28,243 bases of DNA from an uncultured bacterium. Lineage in GTDB: Bacteria; SAR324; NAC60-12. The stretch spans positions 1 to 28,243 of the forward strand of contig CAXGMD010000044.1 of assembly GCA_964010765.1 (NCBI GenBank), written 5' to 3'. Positions 20,371-28,243 of this stretch are shown piece by piece (position 1 is the first letter of the stretch; every line of letters begins with the position of its first letter). The notes below the pieces were generated by a model that saw only the letters and a program-made list of their open reading frames with translations, made no database searches and had not been told where the DNA came from. A program made the position numbers and the translations under genes.

Positions 20371-20874
20371 ATGTTTTGGAAACGTAAGTCAGCGAAAGTA
20401 ACTCAGGCAGAGACGGTTTATTTGCCCAAGGGGAGCCAGGGAAGTGGTCATTGGAACTGCACAACCCCTGTTCGAATTGGTGGTTACTTCGAAGGACGGC
20501 TGGATTGCTCTGGATTGCTCTTGATTGAAGCCAGCGGTGAACTCTTCGCAGATGTATGGGTTCGTCAAGCTGTCATCCATGGACGTGTAGATGGTGACTT
20601 GTACTGCCAGGAGCAATTGGTCTTGCATCCGACAGCAGAAGTTACCGGCAACATTACCGTGCCCCCTGGTGGATTCGTGATGTTAGACGGAGCAAAAATT
20701 GGTGGTGGTGTTCGCTCCTGGACAAAGCACCAAGCTGAGAAGAGTGAGGAAGTGCTCCAGCAATTGACTCGTAAAACGAGGGGAGTTCCCCCCAAAACAG
20801 AATTGGATGATGACGACGGTTTTGCATCTGACCCAGAACAACTTGTCGAGCAGAGTCTTCACTATCTAGTATGA
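20371..20874 (+). CDS. Bactofilin (polymer-forming cytoskeletal protein)
   Basis: MFWKRK N-terminal peptide and beta-helix repeats (VRIGGYFEGRL, IHGRVDGDL, AEVTGNI, MLDGAKIGG); GGAGG RBS. Confidence 0.85.
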   Translation: MFWKRKSAKVTQAETVYLPKGSQGSGHWNCTTPVRIGGYFEGRLDCSGLLLIEASGELFADVWVRQAVIHGRVDGDLYCQEQLVLHPTAEVTGNITVPPGGFVMLDGAKIGGGVRSWTKHQAEKSEEVLQQLTRKTRGVPPKTELDDDDGFASDPEQLVEQSLHYLV

Positions 20875-22310
20875 ACCAAGTCACCTCCTGGCTGGGAACC
20901 CCTTGGTTCTGGCTGGGAGCAAGTCTTGGTATCGCCCTCACGCTCAATCTTCGCCAAAAACGCTGGGGACTTGGTCTCCTTACCGCACTACTTCTCTTGC
21001 ATCTGTGCTGGATCAGCATTGGCAAGAATTTTTTCCTCCCCGATTGGTTAGAACAGCCCGATTTGAGGAAATCTTTTTGGGTTCGTGGTACCATTCATAG
21101 CTTCACTTCAGACTCTAACTCTTCACGCCTCTAGCTTCGTAAAGCAACCATTCTCAATCGCACGCATGAGTATGATTTCCTCGAATTAGCTGTCTCCCTG
21201 CCAAATGCGAGGGGCAGATCCCCATACTGGTATGTAGGGCGACAAGTTCAACTGGGAGGATTTCTGCGAGAATTCAATTGGGATGGAATTCAATGGAATT
21301 TACATTTTTCTGAAGCATTGCTTGGCGATGCCAGCCCTCCAAAGAATGGTTGGCAAAGGGCCTTATCAACTTTGCGCCTTCGATGGGAAACCCGAGCTGC
21401 TTACTACCTAAATGATGAAACGCTGGCGATGTTTCTTCCTCTGACTTTAGCAGAGAGGTCTGTCAGGCATCCTTCCTTGGAATTGTTCAGAAAAACGGGA
21501 ATGGCCCATGTACTGGCAATTAGTGGACTACATATTGGCCTACTCTATTTTGGGCTTTTTGGGATTAGTAGACTAATGGGCACAATGAAGCCTAATCTCT
21601 GGGAAAATCAAAGTTTTGTGGCTATCAGTCAATGGCTACCTTTGCTGTTGCTTTGGGGCTACGTATTCCTTCTCGAATTTCCAATCCCTGCCCTACGGGC
21701 GGTAACCATGATTACTCTGTGGCTGCTATTTCGTGAATTGGGCTATCGATTGCCAGCCCTCTTTGCCTTATGGGTGACAGCTTTATTGTTTTTGGTGGTG
21801 GATTGGAGTGTGATGCTGACAGTCTCATTCCAACTCTCATTTGTGGCAGTAGCTTTCTTGGTTGGAGTGAGTCATTCACAAATTTTTGAAGTACATGGCA
21901 GGTTAAAATGGCTAGTCGATAGCCTTGTTATCACGACTTTTGTTTCATTGGGGACATTCCCAATCTTGTTAAATACTTTTGGGAGGATTTCGCTGGAGGT
22001 CTTCTGGTTGAACCTGATACTTGTTCCGATGATGGCAATTTGGATTCTACCTGTCTGCCTTTTAGGACTGGCCTGGAGTAGCCTTTGGCTTTGGTCACCT
22101 CCAGAGATGCTCGGGGAAAGATTCATTTTTGGTGTGATCGAGTTCAGCCTGGAAGCCTGGCTGAATCTATTGCGTTGGCTGCAGTGGGAGGAGTGGCGTT
22201 TTGAAATCAAAGGAGAATGGGAACTCCAGTACTATGTGGTCTACTATGCAACTCTTTTAGGACTACTGGGGTTAGGGAAGAGGTTTAGAAGTAGGAGGCT
22301 TTATAATTGA
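20871..22310 (+). pseudogene. comEC: ComEC/Rec2 DNA-uptake channel interrupted by one in-frame TAG at 21132-21134
   Basis: ORFs 20871-21134 and 21318-22310 are in the same frame, and 21135-21317 is open (LRKATILNRTHEYDFLE...FSEA). Competence motifs FRKTGMAHVLAISGLHIG, PALRA, SFQLSF and NLILVP. No metallo-beta-lactamase domain follows. Confidence 0.85.
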
Positions 22311-23284
22311 TATTCGTACTCGCGATCAGAGACTTCTCGTTGAAGTGGCTCCCCACGTAAGTGTCTAAGTGCTTCTTCTGCTGATTCCAACTCCATCCGA
22401 AATCGACAATCGTATGAGCAAGAACCAATATGAGGTGTAATGATTAGATTCTCCAATTCCGTCAGCGGGCCTTTGTAGGGCTCCAATTCAAAAACATCAA
22501 TAGCAGCACTGGCTAAAATGCCGTTTTGTAAGGCGGTAGCTAAGGCCTCTTCCTCAACGATTCCACCCCTTGCAGTATTGACCAGAGTCGAACCTGAAGG
22601 CATCAGCTTCAGTTCTTCTAGCCCAATCCGATGCCGAGTTTTTTTATAAAGCGGTACATGGATCGACAGAAGATTAGACTTGGTCAGCATTTCTTCAAAT
22701 TCGACCTGCCGAATCCTTAACCCACAATTGCGCAGAGCTTGGATTTCCTCTGACTTGTCCAAACTATCGTGTATTAGCACTTCTTTGGGCTGAAAGGATG
22801 TTAGAATACGGGCTACCCGACTGCCAATCCTGCCAAAGCCAAAAAGTCCTATCACTGAATGCTCAAGCCTCCGACCACTTGGCCGACTCCATTGACCATC
22901 TCTGAGCCTGCGATCCAAATTCCCAATATGCCGACTCGCAGATAGCATTAGCCCAATCGACAGTTCTACAACGGCCATTGTCACAGCATCAGGGGTGAAG
23001 CTCACACGAATTCCCCTGCGCTTACATTCATTCAGTGGGACACCATCCAGACCAATCCCCACTCTAGAAATCATTTCAAGATTTGGGTTTTGCTCTAAAA
23101 AAGGCATCAGATTTTCTGTACCAGCGAGAAGAACTCTTGTCTTACCGGCACGTTCAATCAATTCATCTACAGTGAGCTTGCGGCTTAGTTCATTGTAACT
23201 CACGCTGAAATTTGAATCATCGAGCAACTTCCGAGGTTGCGGATCATCGGCTCCAAAAGGATAGGTAGAAACAAAGACATCCAT
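22301..23284 (-). CDS. D-isomer-specific 2-hydroxyacid dehydrogenase (phosphoglycerate-DH-like, no ACT domain)
   Basis: SRVGIGLD, GLFGFGRIG, IHVPL, NTARGGIV, DVFELEP and TPHIGS. Confidence 0.9.
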   Translation of the reverse strand: MDVFVSTYPFGADDPQPRKLLDDSNFSVSYNELSRKLTVDELIERAGKTRVLLAGTENLMPFLEQNPNLEMISRVGIGLDGVPLNECKRRGIRVSFTPDAVTMAVVELSIGLMLSASRHIGNLDRRLRDGQWSRPSGRRLEHSVIGLFGFGRIGSRVARILTSFQPKEVLIHDSLDKSEEIQALRNCGLRIRQVEFEEMLTKSNLLSIHVPLYKKTRHRIGLEELKLMPSGSTLVNTARGGIVEEEALATALQNGILASAAIDVFELEPYKGPLTELENLIITPHIGSCSYDCRFRMELESAEEALRHLRGEPLQREVSDREYEYQL

Positions 23285-23289
23285 AGTTA

Positions 23290-24138
23290 CTATTCATCTG
23301 CTACTGTGATTTGTCGTTGCTCACCCAACCCATCAACTCCGAGCCGAACTTCTTGTCCAGGTTGTAAGTAGACGGGATTTGGTTTTACGCCCATCCCAAC
23401 ACCTGGTGGCGTGCCTGTAGAAATGACATCACCGGGCTGTAAAGTGAAAAATTGACTGAGATACGCAACCAGGTGTGCCACTCCATAGACCATTGTGCTT
23501 GTTGTACCGTCCTGATAACGATGACCATCCACTTCTAGCCAAAGTCTAAGATTTTGTGGATCAGAAATCTCATCTGTCGTTACTAGCCACGGTCCGATTG
23601 GCCCAAAAGTATCGCAACTCTTCCCCTTGACCCATTGACCAGACCTCTCCAACTGATATGCACGTTCGGAGACGTCATGAATCACACAGTACCCTGCAAC
23701 GTGGTCCAGTGCTTCTTCTTCTGTCAGATATTTACCTGGTTTCCCAATGACTACCCCAAGCTCGACCTCCCAATCGGTCTTGGTAGAACCACGTGGAATA
23801 ATGAGGTTGTCGTTCGGGCCGCAGACCGCGCTAGTGGCCTTGAAGAAAATCACGGGTTCTGGCGGAACTTGCATTCCTGATTCGGCTGCATGATCAGAGT
23901 AGTTCAGGCCAATACAAATGAATTTACCAATTTGACTTACACAGGGGCCAATCCGGGGATTACCCTTGACCTCAGGCAATCCATTAACATCAAGCTCACT
24001 AAGGCGCTGTATCGAATCAGGCAAAAGGTATTCGCCTGTTAAATCTGGAATAACCTGAGATAAGTCTCGGAGTTTACCAAAGTTATCAAAAAGCCCTGGT
24101 CGTTCTTGGCTGGGCTCACCGTAACGGATTAGTTTCAC
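23290..24138 (-). CDS. Fumarylacetoacetate hydrolase family protein (2,4-diketo-3-deoxy-aldonate hydrolase-like)
   Basis: CIGLNYSDHAAE, DWEVELGVVIG, DVSERAYQ, GKSCDTFGPIGP and GDVISTGTPPGVG. Confidence 0.92.
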   Translation of the reverse strand: MKLIRYGEPSQERPGLFDNFGKLRDLSQVIPDLTGEYLLPDSIQRLSELDVNGLPEVKGNPRIGPCVSQIGKFICIGLNYSDHAAESGMQVPPEPVIFFKATSAVCGPNDNLIIPRGSTKTDWEVELGVVIGKPGKYLTEEEALDHVAGYCVIHDVSERAYQLERSGQWVKGKSCDTFGPIGPWLVTTDEISDPQNLRLWLEVDGHRYQDGTTSTMVYGVAHLVAYLSQFFTLQPGDVISTGTPPGVGMGVKPNPVYLQPGQEVRLGVDGLGEQRQITVADE

Positions 24139-24148
24139 GTTAACTCCT

Positions 24149-24892
24149 TCAAATGGTCATGCCACCGTCAATCGCAAAGACGGCGCCAGTAGTGTAAGAG
24201 GATTCATCTGAGGCCAGATAAACTGCTAAATTCGCGATCTCTTCGGGAGTGCCGATGCGCCCCATCGGTTGGCGAGCAACAAAAGCCGACCGGACTTGTT
24301 CCAAATCTCCCCCTTGAGCCACCATTCTTTCATTGAGTGATGGAGTTTCAACAGTGCCTGGACAAATGGCGTTACAGCGTATGCCCTGACTCACGAAATC
24401 TGCTGCGATGGCTTTGGTAAGTCCGATGACTGCTGCCTTGGAGGTTCCATAAACAAAGCGGTTAGGGACACCTTTGACGCTAGAAGCTACGGAAGCCATA
24501 TTGATGATGACTCCACCACCTTTAGAGACCATCCTTGGAATAATAGTCTTAGCTAGTCGATACATGGAGCGAACATTGATTTCAAAAGCCATATCCCAAT
24601 CATCCTCTGTACACTCTAGGATGGTGCCACTGTGTACAAAACCAGCACAGTTGAAAAGGACATCAATTGTGCCAATTTCTTCAATCAGTTTTGCAATTGA
24701 GTCAGGATCACAGACATCCAGCTTGCGTACTTTCAATTGTTTCTCGGAGTGATTTAGAGCTTCAAGGGGCTTCAGGTTGATGTCAGTTGCCCAGACCGTG
24801 GCTCCTTCTTCAAGAAACCGTAGTAATGAGGCACGGCCAATACCTTGGGCAGCAGCAGTCAGGAGAATATTTTTGTTTTGGAGTCGTTTCAT
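24149..24892 (-). CDS. SDR oxidoreductase, 2-keto-3-deoxy-L-fuconate dehydrogenase / BDH2-like
   Basis: TAAAQGIG, LFNCAGFVHSG, SVASSVKGVPNRFVYGTSK, NAICPGTV and RQPMGR. Confidence 0.88.
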   Translation of the reverse strand: MKRLQNKNILLTAAAQGIGRASLLRFLEEGATVWATDINLKPLEALNHSEKQLKVRKLDVCDPDSIAKLIEEIGTIDVLFNCAGFVHSGTILECTEDDWDMAFEINVRSMYRLAKTIIPRMVSKGGGVIINMASVASSVKGVPNRFVYGTSKAAVIGLTKAIAADFVSQGIRCNAICPGTVETPSLNERMVAQGGDLEQVRSAFVARQPMGRIGTPEEIANLAVYLASDESSYTTGAVFAIDGGMTI

Positions 24893-24941
24893 TGAAAATC
24901 TGTGTTTTCGTGTCCAATAATTTGAATGAGTGAGGTTGATT

Positions 24942-26450
24942 TTACATCACCGCACCAATTTGCCAGGGTAAAAACTCGTTGTCTCCGAATCCAAGAGATT
25001 CGCTCTTGGTCGGACTTCCAGAAGCCACTTCCAAAAGCCGGTTGAAGATCTTATCGCCTAACTCCTGAACACTGAATTGCCCGTCAACGATCAACCCACA
25101 ATTGATGTCCATGTCTTCTTCCATTCTTTGGAACATCGGAGTGTTGGTTGCTAGTTTTAAACTTGGTGCTGGTTTACATCCATAGACAGAACCTCGGCCT
25201 GTGGTGAAGCAGACAAGATTACAACCTGACGCGACTTGTCCAGTCACGGATACAGGGTCATAACCAGGGGAATCCATGAAAGCAAAGCCACGGGTAGTTT
25301 GGCGTTCAGCATATTCATAGACAGCAACCATATCAGAAGTGCCGCCCTTGGCCACAGCTCCCAGCGATTTCTCAAGAATGGTTGTCAGCCCTCCTGCTTT
25401 GTTTCCAGGTGAAGGATTGTTGTTCATTTCCCCGCCATTTCGAGCTGTGTATTCTTCCCACCAACGGATTCGCTCGAGAAGTTTTTCGCCAACTTCTGGT
25501 CGAACTGCCCGGTTTGTTAGTAAGTGTTCTGCGCCATAGACCTCAGGGGTCTCGCTTAAGACAGCGCTACCACCATGGCGAACTAACAAATCCGCAGCTG
25601 CTCCCAGGGAGGGGTTCGCTGTAATCCCTGAATATCCATCGGAGCCGCCACACTGCAGGCTCAGACTGAGGTGTTCCGCTTTAGCCGTTTTCCGCTCAGA
25701 TCGATTCGCTTCCTGCAATAGTTCCTTGACCATCCCAATCCCGCGCTCAATCGTTTTTCGAGTTCCTCCACTCTCTTGAATGGTACCAGTCTTCAAGCGA
25801 TTTGAATGTGAGAGACCTTGATTTTCTAAAAGTGCTGGAACTTGGTTGACTTCACATCCCAAACCTAGGATCAAGGCACCACCGATATTAGGATGAACTG
25901 CATATCCAGAAATGACCCTGCGTAGCATCGTCAGACCTTGGCCATCGATATTCTGTCCACAGCCTGTTCCGTGAGTGAAGGCCACAACTCCATCGACATT
26001 AGGAAATTCAGAGCGGACCATCTCATCAGAAAAGGCAGCTGCAATGGCTTTGGCAACCGTAGCCGAGCAATTGACAGAAGTTAGAATTCCAACGTAGTTC
26101 CTTGTACCCACTCGACCATCTTCTCGGTGAAAGCCTTCAAAGGTGGCTGGATTGTTCACAAAGTCAGTTCCCCGAGCTCGGCTTCCAAAATTGTGTTCAC
26201 GCTCGAAGGTGTGGACCATCACGTTGTGACTGTGTACGTGCTGTCCGGGGCCGATCGGTTCACTGGCAAAACCAATCACTTGCCCATATTTGACAATAGC
26301 TGCGTCTTTTTCAATCTGCTGAATGGCAACCTTATGCCCAGAAGGGATTTCATCCAAAATGAGTAGTCCTTCCACCTCGGCGCCAGCAGGCATTTTTTGT
26401 AAGGCAATGCGTACGTTGTCCCGGTCATTCAACTGTAGTAAGGCTGCCAT
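24942..26450 (-). CDS. UxaA/GarD family (altronate-dehydratase-like) acid-sugar dehydratase
   Basis: N-terminal SAF domain (DNV, IPSGHKVA, KYGQVIG, HVHSHN), then GTRNY, HGTGCG, GLGCE, QCGGSD, NNPSPGNKAGG and FTTGRGS. Confidence 0.92.
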   Translation of the reverse strand: MAALLQLNDRDNVRIALQKMPAGAEVEGLLILDEIPSGHKVAIQQIEKDAAIVKYGQVIGFASEPIGPGQHVHSHNVMVHTFEREHNFGSRARGTDFVNNPATFEGFHREDGRVGTRNYVGILTSVNCSATVAKAIAAAFSDEMVRSEFPNVDGVVAFTHGTGCGQNIDGQGLTMLRRVISGYAVHPNIGGALILGLGCEVNQVPALLENQGLSHSNRLKTGTIQESGGTRKTIERGIGMVKELLQEANRSERKTAKAEHLSLSLQCGGSDGYSGITANPSLGAAADLLVRHGGSAVLSETPEVYGAEHLLTNRAVRPEVGEKLLERIRWWEEYTARNGGEMNNNPSPGNKAGGLTTILEKSLGAVAKGGTSDMVAVYEYAERQTTRGFAFMDSPGYDPVSVTGQVASGCNLVCFTTGRGSVYGCKPAPSLKLATNTPMFQRMEEDMDINCGLIVDGQFSVQELGDKIFNRLLEVASGSPTKSESLGFGDNEFLPWQIGAVM

Positions 26451-26468
26451 AAGGTGACTCCAGAAAAA

Positions 26469-27392
26469 TTAGTGACTTGGTCGAAGAGGCAGGGCTGCTT
26501 CACGCAGCTTTGCGAAGAGTGGTTCGGTCAACTCAAAATGATAGACTTCAGCAATGATATATGCCCATCCCGCTAGAAAATACTCCCAACCGTCGTGGAT
26601 ATGCAATCTCTGTTTGCGTTGTTGTCGCAGAGCTTGGTGCAGAAACTCCAATGATCCACGGTAATTGAATTCCCAAATATGGCACTCGCTTGGAAAATCT
26701 GCGTTGGCGCTAAGAGGAGATCCAGGTCGGTCTTTGCCTAAGCCAGAGGCATTTACTATAAGACTCTGGGGAGGAAGTTTGGCTAGAATAAGGTCAGCTT
26801 CTTCGGGGCTGTCGATTTTATGTAGGTTCCAGAGTTTCGGAGAAAATTCTTTCAGATGATCTCGAACTTGGGAGCCTCTGCCGGCTTCGACTTCAGTTAA
26901 GTGAATTCGGGCTGTTTTCTCATTGGAATCAAGTAAAACCCAGGCAAGTGCGAGACCAGCACCTCCAGCACCAAGGATCAGGACTTCCGCTGCTGGAAAC
27001 CGCTGCCAATGGTCTGGCGAAACGATTTGATTGATTGCCCAGCGAGCCGTCAGCGGATCTTTAGCATGTGCAACTAGTTCTCCTTCAGAATTCCTGGAAA
27101 TACAGCTCACTTCATGCAGTCGCTGAGCATGTGAATCTGATTCCGAAAAAAGATCTTTCGCACCTTCCCAAACTACTACTTTGTGTGTGGTGACCAGTGC
27201 CCCTGCCAAGGAAGAATCCTCGCGTAGCTGTTCCACCTGCGATCTCATTTCAGCAAAGCTTACCCCAGGAGGATGATCAAATCCCCTCAGTTTGGCCTCC
27301 CCTAAGCCCAGAACATCAACCCACAGTGGAAAAAGTTTTTGGATGAGAGAGTGCTGTGTGGATACACCTATGAAGCCAAGATCACCAGCCAT
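26469..27392 (-). CDS. Divergent shikimate-dehydrogenase-like NAD(P)-dependent oxidoreductase
   Basis: Start moved to ATG 27392 (MAGDLGFIGVST), 1 nt after the ALDH stop. GALVTTHK, ILGAGGAG Rossmann motif, LIVNASGLG, WEFNYRG and DGWEYF. Confidence 0.7.
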   Translation of the reverse strand: MAGDLGFIGVSTQHSLIQKLFPLWVDVLGLGEAKLRGFDHPPGVSFAEMRSQVEQLREDSSLAGALVTTHKVVVWEGAKDLFSESDSHAQRLHEVSCISRNSEGELVAHAKDPLTARWAINQIVSPDHWQRFPAAEVLILGAGGAGLALAWVLLDSNEKTARIHLTEVEAGRGSQVRDHLKEFSPKLWNLHKIDSPEEADLILAKLPPQSLIVNASGLGKDRPGSPLSANADFPSECHIWEFNYRGSLEFLHQALRQQRKQRLHIHDGWEYFLAGWAYIIAEVYHFELTEPLFAKLREAALPLRPSH

Positions 27393-27393
27393 A

Positions 27394-28243
27394 CTACTCA
27401 CCAAATGGAATCCAGATGTTTTTGCTCTGAGAAGCTTGTCGTAGCCACTCTCTGCCCTGGGCTGCGGGAGAATACCAGTCAACGACCTGTCCCTCATTAC
27501 CCCAAACCCGTTTCAGATTGCTCGTACTTAGGTGTTTAGCATGACGAACCTCCTCTGCAGTACCAAAGACCCAGATCCCATCCAGATCCTCGTGAGCTGC
27601 AAGGGTCTGAATCATTTCAGCCGGATTGCCGCTTATTAGATTGACTGCTCCTGCTGGTAAATCGGAAGTCTCCATGACCTGAATCAAATCATTGGCAATC
27701 AGCGGATAGGAATGAGAAGGGATGACAATTGAGCGATTGCCAGCGGCCAAGGATGGCAAAAGTATGGATAGGAAGGAGAGCAGTGGGTTCTCATCTGGGC
27801 AAATGAGACCAATTACTCCGAGAGGCTCATTGAGGACAGGAACCAATAAGCCTTGGGGAGGTTGATGAAGAACTCCCTCGAACTTGTCAGCCCATGCTGC
27901 ATAATGGAAGCATCGTTGAATCGAGCTATCCACTTCTTGCTGGGCTTCATTTGATTTACAGCCAAGGAGTTGCTGCAACCGAGTTTCCAATTCTTGTCGT
28001 CGGAGACTTAGATTTTCAGCGAAATAAAACAGAATCTGAGCCCTTAGGTGTCCACTGGATTTGCTCCATGAGCTTGTCTTTTGAGCGGCTTCCACAGCAT
28101 TGCGAAGATCTTTCCGATTGCCCTGTCCCACGGTACCTGCCAGAGAACCATCCTTATTCCAAACTGGCCGAACCGTTCCACCATCTGGTCGGGCTTGTTT
28201 ACCTGCAATGAAAAATTTTGCGGTACGATGTATTTCCGATCCT
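27394..28243 (-). CDS. Aldehyde dehydrogenase, ALDH16-like two-module enzyme (C-terminal module; 5' part outside the window)
   Basis: Frame is open to the window edge: HRTAKFFIAGKQARPDGG...GNRKDLRNAVEAA...YAAWADKFEG...EPLGVIG...KNIWIPFGE, matching the non-catalytic C-terminal Rossmann module of ALDH16-type proteins. Confidence 0.85.
   Translation of the reverse strand, partial: GSEIHRTAKFFIAGKQARPDGGTVRPVWNKDGSLAGTVGQGNRKDLRNAVEAAQKTSSWSKSSGHLRAQILFYFAENLSLRRQELETRLQQLLGCKSNEAQQEVDSSIQRCFHYAAWADKFEGVLHQPPQGLLVPVLNEPLGVIGLICPDENPLLSFLSILLPSLAAGNRSIVIPSHSYPLIANDLIQVMETSDLPAGAVNLISGNPAEMIQTLAAHEDLDGIWVFGTAEEVRHAKHLSTSNLKRVWGNEGQVVDWYSPAAQGREWLRQASQSKNIWIPFGE

Noticed and set aside
21132..21134. 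Pyrrolysine, selenocysteine or alternative genetic code explaining the comEC stop
   Set aside because: The codon is TAG, so not Sec. At least five genes in the window end at TAG at their expected C-termini, and no pyl genes are visible.
27393..27497. N-terminal extension of the shikimate-DH-like ORF
   Set aside because: It overlaps the ALDH C-terminus; ATG 27392 right after the ALDH stop is more plausible.

Overview
Compact bacterial chromosomal region of moderate GC content. No rRNA, tRNA, CRISPR array, transposase or integrase was recognised. The gene mix suggests a marine bacterium, possibly SAR324-like, but that is inference only. Left to right: a truncated YhdH/AcuI oxidoreductase; moaA preceded by a clear Moco-family riboswitch that lacks stem P3; an orphan PilC/GspF; a DUF2062-TPR pair; a two-cysteine BigR/SqrR-type ArsR regulator; a SPOR protein and hypothetical proteins; a complete pstSCAB-phoU operon; an exported FecR/DUF928-like protein, CHASE2 adenylate cyclase and riboflavin synthase; a crcB-enolase-bactofilin-comEC run in which comEC is broken by one in-frame TAG; and a six-gene sugar-acid catabolic operon (ALDH16-type dehydrogenase, divergent shikimate-dehydrogenase-like protein, UxaA-family dehydratase, SDR, FAH hydrolase, D-2-hydroxyacid dehydrogenase). 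Best leads: the sugar-acid operon with its uncharacterised shikimate-DH-like enzyme, the P3-less Moco/Tuco riboswitch, the crcB-eno pairing without a fluoride riboswitch, the amber-interrupted comEC, and the FecR/DUF928-CHASE2 signalling pair. All family calls come from motif recognition by eye; no database searches were run.
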